From: Camelus ferus
Taxonomy: Eukaryota
Length of the DNA: 64,000 bases
Direction of reading: 5' to 3'
Assembly: GCF_009834535.1 (NCBI RefSeq)
Contig: NC_045697.1
Coordinates: forward strand, 14,200,001-14,264,000
A program made the position numbers and the translations under genes. This document shows positions 37,275 through 48,190 of the stretch, one piece after another. Each line of letters opens with the position of its first letter. Within the stretch, counting starts at the first letter, position 1. The notes beneath the pieces were generated by a model, which was not told the DNA's origin, ran no database searches, and saw only the letters and a program-made list of their open reading frames with translations.

Positions 37275-38527
37275 ACGCGCCCCTGGCAGCTTCGGTCTTT
37301 GGAAAATGTCATATACTCCTTGGCCCTGTTGGACTAATCAATGCTTCATAGTGGAAATATTTGAAATATATTGTAAAATACAGAACCGACTTATTTTTAT
37401 TACGAGAATGAAGACTTCTTTTCTGCATTTAGAGAAAAAAAAAAATGCTTGAACTAAAGCTTCCCGGATGCTGGAGAAGTATGAAGAAAGGCACACCTGA
37501 AGGCATCTGAGCCGCGATGCAACCCAGACTCAGCTTTGCAACGCGCTGCAGACCAGCAGAAGCACATACTCAAAGGAGAGAAGAGATGCTCTGTGTTGAC
37601 GTGAGGTTGCCGAGAGCATCATCGCCTGAGCCCTCGTCCGCACCCACGCGGTTCAGGAGGACAAGCCAAGCGCACGTGTGTGAGTGAGGACCCAAGGCGG
37701 TGGAACGGAGCTCCAGAATTCACAGCCAGAACGAACAGATGAGAAGTATTTTGTGCAAACTATAAAGTGTTCTGAAGACCTGGGTTCCCTCCATCAGAGG
37801 AGACGAGAGTGCTAAAATCAATTTTATCTTCCTTTTAAACGTCAGCATGTTAGCAGGAGAAGCACACAAAAGTGTTTATCTGCCGTTTTCCAGTATTAAT
37901 TTTTTTTGTAATATAAATGACAAAGGAGATGATAAAGAACCAATAGATTATTGATAAAGAAATTAGTAATAATATGAATTTTTGTTTCTATGAGTTCTAA
38001 ACAGCCCTATACAGTATTCGGTTTCAATGAGAAATATTTATTGTATCAAAGTACATTGTACTTAACATTTTAGGCCATCCTTTTGCTGTTTCTCGATGCT
38101 TTAATATATATTAATTTATAATTGTCCTGATATTTTTGTACATTTTTCAAACTTAAAAATCAGGATTATCTTTTTTTTTTTTTTTTGGCAATAGTACTAA
38201 CATAAGGTGTTCTCTTGGGATAAATGTGTTGATCTGTTTGTTTACCTTGACATCTGACCACTGGTGTCACTGACCTACTGGCCTCACTCAGGACACCTGC
38301 AGAGGGTGTGTAAAGTCTGTGAGAGACGGTCCTTGTACAGAAAGTGGCCCCTCTGCAGGGTGTCGTCACAGAACAGAAATGGTGTGTAGCAATCAACACT
38401 AGAAAAGTAGATCTTTTACAAATTACTATTTCCTTGACGCTTTTTTTTTTTTTGCCCTTTTACTGGGGGTGGGGTGGGGAGAGAAAAGGCTGTAATGTCA
38501 AGAACTGTGATTTTTCGTTTTCCAAAC

Positions 38528-38533
38528 AATAAA
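38528..38533 (+). promoter_or_regulatory. Candidate polyadenylation signal AATAAA
   Basis: Canonical hexamer in the UTR with downstream tgtt motifs (atgttcccatgttaacatgtttg). Confidence 0.5.
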
Positions 38534-38772
38534 GCTCCTTTATTACCTTAATGTTCCCATGTTAACATGTTTGCTGCTAAATGACAATGTAGAATTGATA
38601 ATGACTTATCGTGGACTGTGCTCTTCCCTCATTAAAAATCCCAGGGTACCCTGTAAAGATGCAGATGTTTCTTTCCAAAACCTTTTTTACAAAGAAAACT
38701 AGACCTACATGTATAATACAGTGTGCTTGTCTTTCTTCAGACTAATATCAGTTCCACTACTGATGTTTGTAA

Positions 38773-38778
38773 ATTAAA
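38773..38778 (+). promoter_or_regulatory. Candidate distal polyadenylation signal ATTAAA
   Basis: ATTAAA preceded by TGTA motifs and followed ~25 nt later by the GU/U-rich element ttgttggttttct (~38802-38814). Confidence 0.6.
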
Positions 38779-39278
38779 CAGATATTTACTTCATTAACAG
38801 CTTGTTGGTTTTCTTAGAAATTGCCTGCTATTTGGAGCCCCCTCCTTAAGAATTTCTTAAACAAGGTGATACCGAAGGAACAGGGAAGGAAGCCTATACC
38901 TTTGTGTTGCCAGAAATTCCTTTGAGATAAGCACTCTGTCACATTTGGGAACTTTGGCATGGGCACATGAAAGAGATGGATAGAGCACATTCTTGACTGG
39001 GAAAAAAAAAATGCATATTCAATTAATTTCTTCCCCTCCAAAATATTATCAGATGATATCTAACTAATCCAAATTGTTTTTGTTTTTCTTTTCCCCTCAA
39101 TTAGAACCAGATGGAAAATAGCAAAAGACAAAGAGTGCCTTTCTCCTCAGGCGCCCTCAGGCAAGGGATCAGGGTGGGGGTAGGGGATGTAATATCAAGG
39201 TACACCATCCAGGACAGGTCGCCCACCGTGCTAAGATTTCTTCGTTCCCCTGTAAAAAAAAAACAGGCATATGTGAAA

Positions 39279-39319
39279 ACACACACACACGCACACGCAC
39301 ACGCACACACACACACACA
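39279..39319. repeat. Compound (AC)n/(ACGCAC)n microsatellite
   Basis: Directly visible. Confidence 0.9.
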
Positions 39320-40699
39320 GCCTCTTTCACAGACACAGATGCCCAATAATTTATTCACTCCTGTTTAAAATGTCTATGTTTTAATTATATAAATAGTGTA
39401 TGGTCATTGTAAAAAATTTATTTATTCCCACTGGTTCTTCTTTTCTTCACGGGCATGTGTTATCTTAATAGTCACTGTTTTTTGAGGGCTCATTATATGG
39501 TGGGCACTGTGCCAAGGGCTTCATATGAAATACCTCGTTCGTTTCCCACTACAAACCTGTGGGAGTACTCTGCTCCCTGTCTTACACAGGCGTCAACAGC
39601 TTAGACGCTCCAGCTTAGACGCTCCAGCTCAGGCCCTGCACACCACATGGTCCCTGTTCAGAGATAAAGGCAGCGGCCTGGTAATTAGCTCCCTCTTCTA
39701 AGGGGCCTTCAAGCCTTGGAGCCTTATTTCCACAGCACAGCTATTGTCTGTGCTGGTCATGTCAACGTAAGTAATCTACATTAGAGACTTTATTTTGCCT
39801 TCGTTTTTTAAGGAAATATTAGTAGTTTGCAGAATGTTATTCTTTCTCCTTCCTGCTTATAAAGGCACAAAATAGAATTATGTTTGCCTGGAATTTGGGC
39901 TGATTTAGCAAGTTTCTTAGGGGATTACTCACCTTGTGATGGGACTACTTTCTGCAAGAGCCCTTCTTTGAAAAAATTCAATAATCAAATAATTACTAGT
40001 AAATGAGACAAATTAAGGACAGTTATTCACGTTCTAAAAGGCTGTTTACTTATAAAGCCTTGACCATAGGATTTCTTTGATGGAAGACTGGAGCATTTCC
40101 AACAGAATTCAACATGTTAAAAAAAAATATTTTGCATATTTCAGAATCAAGGATGCTACATAGGATAATGTACATTTGTAATCTGAAAAGATAAGGTCAT
40201 TAAACATCCTTAATATATTTAAGTTTTCACGCCAGTGATGAGGTACCTACAGGAAATGCCACAGAGATTTGACATGTGTTCGATTTAAGATGTGTTCATT
40301 GAATAATAACTATCTCAATCTTCGCAATTTGTTTTCACCACAGATTTCCTGAAATTATTTCTAAGCAATAATAGACTAACCCTGGTTTTAGAATTGCTCT
40401 GAGCGTTTTCTTTTTGGATGACTTGCTTTGTCAGCAGCAATTCTTCCTGGAGAGATGATTAAAAGACTGTGGGAATCGATTTAGGACTTAAAGATCTTGA
40501 GTGTTATGGTGTCATCTGCTTCATATAGTGACCATTATTTCAAAAGTAATGTTTGTAAAAGTATATAAGCTATAAAAGTATATGAAGCTTTAGATAAAGC
40601 TTTAGATAAAGTATATAAAGCGATATAAAATACATAAGCTATTTTCATTCTTAATCCACTCTTGTGTACTCAAGTGACTTAGCAGATTTTTATTTCCTG

Positions 40700-41150
40700 T
40701 CTCCCATTATGTGGAAGGAAGTTATGCTAAACTTTTGATATGTAGGTTCAAATGCAACAGACATCACTTCTGCCATTATAGAGTATACACTGTGTGCATT
40801 TGGAGTTGAGGTTAAAATGGGTAATAGTATTATACAAATGACTAAAATAGACATATAATTTCACATTGTGATAAGCTCCCTGAAGGAAGTTATGTGGTAC
40901 TAGAACAAAGTGAAGCAGAAGGATCCGATCAAATACATATTGGGAGGTTAGGGCATGCCTCTGTGAGGAAGTGACACTCGAGCCAAGTCATGAAAGATAA
41001 AGTAGGTTCTAGATGGAGACAGATGGAAATAAATGTGAGGGTCAAGGCTGGGGAGGTCCATGCAGAGAGAACAGCCTGTTTAGAGGTCTGAGGAGGGGGG
41101 AAAGCTCTTATATGGTGAAGGAAACAAACGAGTTCCTGCAGCCAGAGTGA
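40700..41150 (-). mobile_element. LINE-2 fragment
   Basis: gggaggttagggcatgcctctgtgaggaagtgacactcgagccaagtcatgaaagataaagtagg...tccatgcagagagaacagcctgtttagaggtctgagg. Confidence 0.65.
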
Positions 41151-42569
41151 GGGATATATTTATTTCACATGTGTGATACGGCAGTGACCATTTTCTCTCT
41201 ATTAACTCACTTCATCTAGTCTATTTTTTTCTTTTGAGCATCTGTTTACAGTAAGCTTTTAAAATGCCAACAAAAATGGATTTCTGTTTTAAAATAGCAA
41301 CCAGTTCATTGTGTTTAATGCAGTTCCAAACGAAATACCTCTGAAGACCCAGAATATATGAACACTTACAATATCACTGAAAACTAAGAGTAATATTTCT
41401 GGAATCTCAAAGGAAGTTTAATGAACTCAAAAGCTGATGAGGCAGGATTAAAAGAAACAACTGCTGGCCACCCCATGGTTTGACACTCGTGAGCATTCCT
41501 CACTCTGGACACCAAGGCCAGAGATTCAGGAAAGGAGTCAACTGGTAAACCAGGAAAAAAATATTTGTGCATTAGGGGGACACCTGTGAGGATGTCAGAG
41601 GGCTGTTTTTCCAGGCAATGAGGTAACGTTCTTCATCTGCTAGGATGCTCCAGTTTTCATTAAAGGCAGTGAAACAGTGCAAGAAATGCTAAAGAAGACC
41701 GGTAATGTTAAACTGACTCTTGAGAGATGTAGTCTCTGTAAACAAACCACTGTGGATATGAATTGAGCCTGGAAGAGCCATGGTAGAGATGCTTGCTTAG
41801 AATCATGGGAAGAGGGAAGTACTTTATCAATTCAGAAAACTGGAGATCAGATGCATTATATGGACTCACTGTTAAGCAAATAAAATGGTTTGAACAAAAG
41901 CATGGCAGTGGAAACACACAGGCTATATTTGGGGGTGAGGGATGAAGGCTAAGACCTTCAGAATTCTTCTTGGAATTAAAGTTTATTAAGATTGAGTAAA
42001 AGAATGGTTTGTCGAGACCAGAAATATGGGAACTTTAGATGAGTAGCAGAATGTAAAATCTATTGAGCAGGTGGCTGTTTTGTAAGTATATAAAAAAAGT
42101 TAAAAGCGAGGCATGAAAAAGGGGAAAAATGGAAAATGAATTAGAAGAGACTGTACAGACTGCATTTTTACAGTGGAATAATTAATAATTCATGACGACC
42201 TTGGGTATGTTTGGCAAGGATGAAGGGGAAATCAAGTTTAGCTCCTGTTTGTCTCTGCTGTTTCTAAAGCATGAAAGTTGAAATGTGGGTTTCAAATGCA
42301 GCATGTTGACTGCCTAGGGCTGGAAACAGCCTGAGGGTCAGAGTCGCTGACCTGAGAAGCCCCAGCCTTCTGCTCTCAACCCATCTTTCACTCCACTGAA
42401 TGAAAACAGTACGTTTTTCTAGATCATGTCTTTTATATCTTTCAGTATCTTTAATTAAATGTCTTTAATCAACTCCTTCTGTGGGATAAAATCCAATTTA
42501 GTGTGGTATTCCAGATTCCTCACAAAGTGAACTCCTCAAGCTTTAACTATATGCTGTTTTTTAAAAATT

Positions 42570-42812
42570 CTTTTTTAGTGAAGTATAGTCAGTATACAAT
42601 ATTGTGTTAATTCCTGGTGTGCAGCATAATGTTTCAGTTACACATATATGTATATATTCCTTTTCATATTCTTTTTCATTATAGGTTATTACAAGACATT
42701 GAATAGAGTTCCCTGTGCTATACAGTAGAACCTTGTTGTTTATCTATTTTATATATAGTAGTTTGTATCTACAAATCCCAAACTCCCAGTTTATCCCTCT
42801 ACCACCACCCCC
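42570..42812 (-). mobile_element. Short LINE-1 3' end
   Basis: tgaagtatagtcagtatacaat...ttccctgtgctatacagtagaaccttgttgtttatctattttatatatag; same subfamily as the 49900 and 57713 copies. Confidence 0.88.
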
Positions 42813-44973
42813 TTACTGTTAAGTTGACAAATTGTAGGAAAGGATATTCTAAAACAAATTATAGGCTGGGATGCCTGAAACCATAGGTATAAGAATCATC
42901 CACATAGAAGTGGTAGTTGAAGCCAAGAAGATGGATGAGCTTATTTAGATTCACTATAGAATGGACTTGAACAGAAGCATAAGACCCAACTTTAGATAAT
43001 GCTCAAGTTTCTAGAAGGAAATGGTCCCAGAATGGAGATGAAGAAGGAGCAGTTTTAATAGAGTGATGACACAGAAGCTGGATAGCCATGGCGAGGAATG
43101 GAAGTTACGAGTAATCATGAGTAATAGACTCCCCTCTTAATAAATCTGTTAGCAAAAGAAGAGGGGAGTCAGGATGGCAAGTGGAAGAGTGGGTGAGGTC
43201 ATGGGGCTGCCGCTGAATGAGTCAGCAACTATTCGGTTCATTCCCAGCTGTCACAGTTTGTGAAAGTGTGGGGCAAACACTTGGGGTATATACCCAAGGT
43301 AATACTGAGGTCCAAGGGCACACCAGGTCATCAACTACATGAGCTGATTGAACAGTGGAAGGTAAAAATTGGGGCCCAGTTACAGTGGGGTTAAAGAAAC
43401 AGGGTTCCTGAGAACAAGAAGCCACAGAATGGCCCAGAGTGGGGAGAATAATGTATACACAACAGTTCTGTTCCAAATGCACTTTTCAGTTGCCTCTTCC
43501 TCCCACAAAGGGGAAATAGAGGACACTTGCAAGTGCCAACTGCATCCAAAGAACACAAGATTCAGCCCAGGGGCGGCATTGCCATCTTGCATTTGGAACT
43601 ACCTTTGTCTTTGTGTCAATAGGTGGGTGGCTGAATTTGGATGCTAAAGAAAATCAAATATTGAAACACAGACACAAAATGAGAGAGTGGGAGAAACAGC
43701 CACAGAGACAATCATCTAAAATACTTGCTCTCATTAATCTTACTTTCCCTTCTTGAAATGGCTAGATTTATTTTCAGTTTGTTCACATAGATTGTGGCAG
43801 AGAGATTAAGTGACTTGCCCAAGGTCACACAGCCCAGATCTCCTGACTCCAACCGTAATACGGTATTGATTTCACTGGAATTGATGCAGTCTGTGACTGT
43901 CCTCATGAGGTAATGCTGGAGGAATGAGTATTTCTCAAGGGGAGTTATTGTGTTTCTTTTGAATGCCCATGAATAGCACTCACTTCCCCAATAAAAACAC
44001 ATTAAAATCTTTATACCTCTCATTTGGTACAGAAAAATTAATGAGACACTTTTTAACAGGAATTTTCTTTCAGGAACTGAAAAGTCCTGTTTGCGTGGCT
44101 GCTTAAGTATTTCTGGTCGTCCTTCTGGTCAGGTCAGGTGTGCCCTGATTGAGTGGGGCCAACCGAGAGCAATTGAATTCTGTTGCTAAGATAGTCACAA
44201 GGACAGGATCGAACATGCCCTGGTCCGGTGATATCAGCTGCAGACGCAGCCTTGGACTCATTCCATGTCTCAAGGCATTCTCTGTAAGGGGGAAAGAACT
44301 AGCCAGAAACTCCTCTTTGTATAAGCATGTCTGATAACATCCCTGTCCACGGTTTCAAAGGCCCACGTTGTGGCAGCAAGGAGCAGGATGCACGTCTGTG
44401 AATTACCTGATCTTGCGGTTACTTGACCCGCTTGGTTTCTGCTCACAATATTCCCATTCAGTTACCTCCACCACCGGTTCTTACTTTCAATTACATCTCC
44501 GCATTGATTTTTTTTTTCATTCCTATTATTCCTATGTTCGCTACAGTTCTTCTCTTCTGATGCCTGTCAGCGCCTCTCTGGAGCTGTGAAATGAGAAGGA
44601 ACACATTTCTGAATGACAGGCACCATACTCTGTTTGATTAGGAAATACATCTCATCATTTGACAGAAAAAAAAAAAGTGTGGTGGTCTCACAGCTCAGAG
44701 AATGAAGTGGAAACCCCTGTATCTTTCTCTCCTCATTTAACCTCAAATTTCCTTTTTTCTAAATGCTTCCATATTTTGGAACATTAACACAGGACTGTAC
44801 CAAATAGGACAGGTGGTCTGAGAATGAAGAGCACGAATGTAGTGACCCACATCACAGCACAGCTGTCATCGCGGCCCGGCACACGCAAGGGCCAAGCGTG
44901 CCGGCGGGAGGAGACCCAGGCAGTGCAGCTTGGTGGGACCTAGAGTGGCTCCTCTCAGCCCTGATATGCAGGT

Positions 44974-44989
44974 ACACACACACACACAG

Positions 44990-45024
<35 letters not shown>

Positions 45025-45179
45025 TATACACACACACACACACACACACAGACATACACACACGCACACACACACACACAGACATACACACACACACACA
45101 CACACACACAGACATATACACACACACACACACACACAGACATACATACACACACACACACAGACATAAACACACACAC
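44974..45179. repeat. Long compound (CA)n repeat with ~30-bp higher-order period
   Basis: CA runs interrupted by GACATA at 44989, 45021, 45051, 45081, 45111, 45139 and 45163. Confidence 0.95.
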
Positions 45180-45809
45180 CCCCATGTGGTTTCCCAGAAC
45201 AAAATTCCACTCACAAACTCACTGACTTCAAAGTCAGAATTAATTAGGGGAAATCCCGTGATATCTCGTCATCTGAGCATTGAGCCCCAGCTAAAGAACC
45301 TACACTTGCAGACATCTTGGAGCACCCAACTCAGAGGCCAGACGACATGTGAGCTCACCAGCTGAGGGAGACAGACGGGATTCCAGAAATCTAACCTTCC
45401 TTCATGCAGGAAAAAAAGGTAAAATTTAAGCTACTCAAGGAATTGTCAGAGATCCAAATCTAAAAGAATGATGGTTGAAGATCTGTGTGCTCCCATTTTT
45501 TTTCAACCTGAATCCTATTCTTTTTAAAAGCAGAATCTCCCAATTTCAGTTATGGCTGTCGCAGTACAATATGGAACCTGCCCAGTGGGACCATTGTTAA
45601 CAAAACCACCACAGCTGGAAAGACATCCTTGTCCTAAGAATATCAAGGGGTTACTCTTCCAGATTCCTTTTCTTCACCTCAGCTTTGGTGCTTCCATTCA
45701 CATTCCAGTAATGGGAGTGTGCGTCCAACCCTTGTCCTCAAGGTCTATTAGCATGACCTGGTGACTCTCATGTGGACACCGTGACACTTCTGCCAGGGAC
45801 AGTTCAGAA

Positions 45810-46200
45810 ACAAAGGACTTACTCTGCCGGATGCCGGGCCCTCAGCCAGTGGGCAGCCCTTACCCATCAGACCACTTTGGATTTGCCTGGCTTAAGAGAA
45901 AGCTCTTTTCCGGGGTCACACACTCGTTCCAGGGTGGTCTACATGCAATGACTAGATGATACTGACAGATAAATGCCGGATTCCCTCTCTTCAGTCTGGG
46001 GCCTTGATGAAGGGCCACCCCAGCTTCAGAGCTCCTCACGGGATTGGCCAGAACCTTCTTTAAGTCTGCATCATGATGCAACTCCTCCCTCTGCCCAAGC
46101 CTGCTTCCTCGCCTTCCTTTCTACGGGTGGTAATTCCAAGAGCACTCCCTCAGAAACCTTATGCCTGCGCCGTCAGCTTCCCGGGGAGTGCAGCCTGAAA
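45810..46200 (+). mobile_element. ERVL LTR (LTR16-like)
   Basis: gaagggccaccccagcttcagagctcctcacgggattggccaga...caactcctccctctgcccaagcctgcttcctc...ccaagagcactccc. Confidence 0.7.
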
Positions 46201-46714
46201 TCCTCCAGTCTCCAAGTCAAGTAGCAAACAGGGAGCTGGCATTCGGCAGTGAGATGAGCCCGGAGAGGTATAGAAAGTGGCGAGCTTCTACCTTAGGGAA
46301 CTCAGGGAGGGAATGGGGCTAAACTGAGATGCAGTGGCAGAGTGGCTGCCTGCCTGAGTGAGCCAGTCGTCACCGCCTGACCCCCAACGTAGGCGGTCCT
46401 CTAGAAACCGGCAGAAGGTTCCTTCTTCTCTGTCCTTTACCTTGGCCACAGGTCTCACACTTACCCCTCAACAAGGGGTCCAGGCTGCTGTCTTACAGAC
46501 TCAGAACCCTAATGCATTCCCTCCCATGGTCTTTCAAGTTCCTGCAGTTTCCTCATTTAGCCTCTAAAACATAAAAAAAAAAAAAAAAAAAAAAGATTTC
46601 CACTGCTTCAGTGGAGAATAGAGTGTCATCTCCCCCAAAGGACCTGACCTTAGCAACCCAAAGGCCCCTTATGACTCAGTTTCACTCTTCCAGGAGCAAG
46701 TGAAGAACTATCTG

Positions 46715-46830
46715 GTGTCTCAGTCAGCTCAGGCTGCTCTAACAAGATACCAAAAACTGGATGGCTTAAGGAACAGAAATTTATTTCTAGAGGCTGGAAA
46801 GTCCAAGATCTAGGTGGCAGCCAGGTTCTC
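46715..46830 (-). mobile_element. MaLR LTR fragment (MLT1)
   Basis: tgtctcagtcagctcaggctgctctaacaagataccaaaaactggatggcttaaggaacagaaatttatttc...ggctggaaagtccaagatc. Confidence 0.7.
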
Positions 46831-46946
46831 TCTGGCCTGGTGCAGCCGGCAGTAGATTCTTTTGGCCCCAAGTAGAGCATGACATGAAGAAGATGCTGTG
46901 TGCTTATCACTCTGGCCAACCAGAGAGTCAGAAGAAGAAATGGTGC

Positions 46947-47390
46947 TGTGGTTATCAGTTGCTGTATAACAGATCATCCCGGAACTTAGTAACTTAAAAA
47001 ATTAATAATCATTTTCAAACTCTCACAGTTTCTATTGGACAAGATTTGGGGAAGGGCTAGACAGTTCCTCCTTGTGGGCTGGGGCTGCCATCACCTGAAG
47101 GCTTGACTGGGGCCAGCTGAGGGCCAGAAGCCTCCGTTTTCTCCATTAGGACCTTTCACAGAGCTGCTTGAATGTCTTCCTTGCATGGTGCCTGGCTCCC
47201 CCCGGAGTAACCAGTCCAAGACATCACAGTGGAAGCTGCCTTTTAAGACCTAACCTTGAATGGCACACACTCTCACTCCTATAGTATTCAGAACAGGGTT
47301 CAGCTTTTATTGAATCTATGAAGAGATTACATAAGGACATGAACACTAGAGGTGAGGGTCACTGGGGCCATCTTGGAGCCTGCCTCCCAG
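46947..47390 (-). mobile_element. MaLR solo LTR (MLT1H/F-like)
   Basis: gttatcagttgctgtataacagatcatcccggaacttagtaacttaaaa...catcacctgaaggcttgactgggg...gggtcactggggccatcttggagcctgcc. Confidence 0.75.
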
Positions 47391-47659
47391 AAACCGTGTC
47401 TAAGAGTTAGCCATTTGCATGGAAAACGCCAATGGAAGCACTGGTTAGTGACTAATTCTGAATCAAACTCTGAAGTAAAGAAACCTGCATCTAGTATCTT
47501 CCCAGAACGTATATACATGTAATTCCAGAACATTGCTGCTTAATCCAAGTCCTTTCCTTATTCTTAACTAAACAAATACTAGTCTTCCTAGGAGACTGCG
47601 CTACTCAATATCTATGTATTACTGCATCCACAAAGATTAGAGGAACTCCCAATACATAG

Positions 47660-48190
47660 TTGCTTAATAAATTGTGCTAAGTGCTGGGTATAAAATACTG
47701 AAAGAGATGTGGCCTCTACCCTTATGGAGCATCCATTCTAGTAGGGAAGCCAAAAAAATCAAATAAACGAACAAAGAATTACTTTCTTGAAAATTATCAG
47801 ACGTTCAGTGAGGCCTTGTGAAATGGAAAATAGTTACAGAAGGGAGCCTGTTTTATGCAAGGTGGTCAGAAAAGGCTTCAGTGTGGAGGCGGTGATCGAG
47901 CTGGGTCCTGACAGAGGACGATGCGCATCCCGGGAAGAAGGAGACTCGAGCTGCAGAGCCTGGGGTGAGAAGAGTGTACCTGAGAGACCGAAAGGGTGGT
48001 TGAGACTAAGACACAGGCAGAAGGGAAGTGGTGCCAGGTGGGACTGCTGAGGGCCACCCGGGCCAGCCTGCTGATCATGAAGGGCTTTGTAAGGGGCCAA
48101 ATTTGAAATGTTATTCGAAGTCAGATAGGAAGTCATTGAATATTTTTTAAAAGAGAGATTGGATATTAACTCAAAGTGTAAGCACTCTCT
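47660..48190 (-). mobile_element. LINE-2 3' fragment
   Basis: tgtgctaagtgctggg...ggcctctacccttatggagcatccattctagtaggg...ggtggtcagaaaaggcttcagtgtggagg...gatcatgaagggctttgta. Confidence 0.7.

Larger units (their letters stand above)
37275..38800 (+). other. SLIT2: SLIT2 3' UTR (3' end approximate)
   Basis: Sequence after the stop with no recognisable interspersed repeats and AT-rich stretches. Candidate poly(A) signals: AATAAA 38528, ATTAAA 38631, ATTAAA 38773; the last is followed by a GT/T-rich tract. Confidence 0.7.

Noticed and set aside
1..38800. miR-218-1 hairpin
   Set aside because: The mature sequence TTGTGCTTGATCTAACCATGT was not seen; it is known to lie in a more 5' SLIT2 intron.
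44852..45365. Several long ORFs rich in HT/CV dipeptides
   Set aside because: Translations of the CA/TG repeat; no coding signal.
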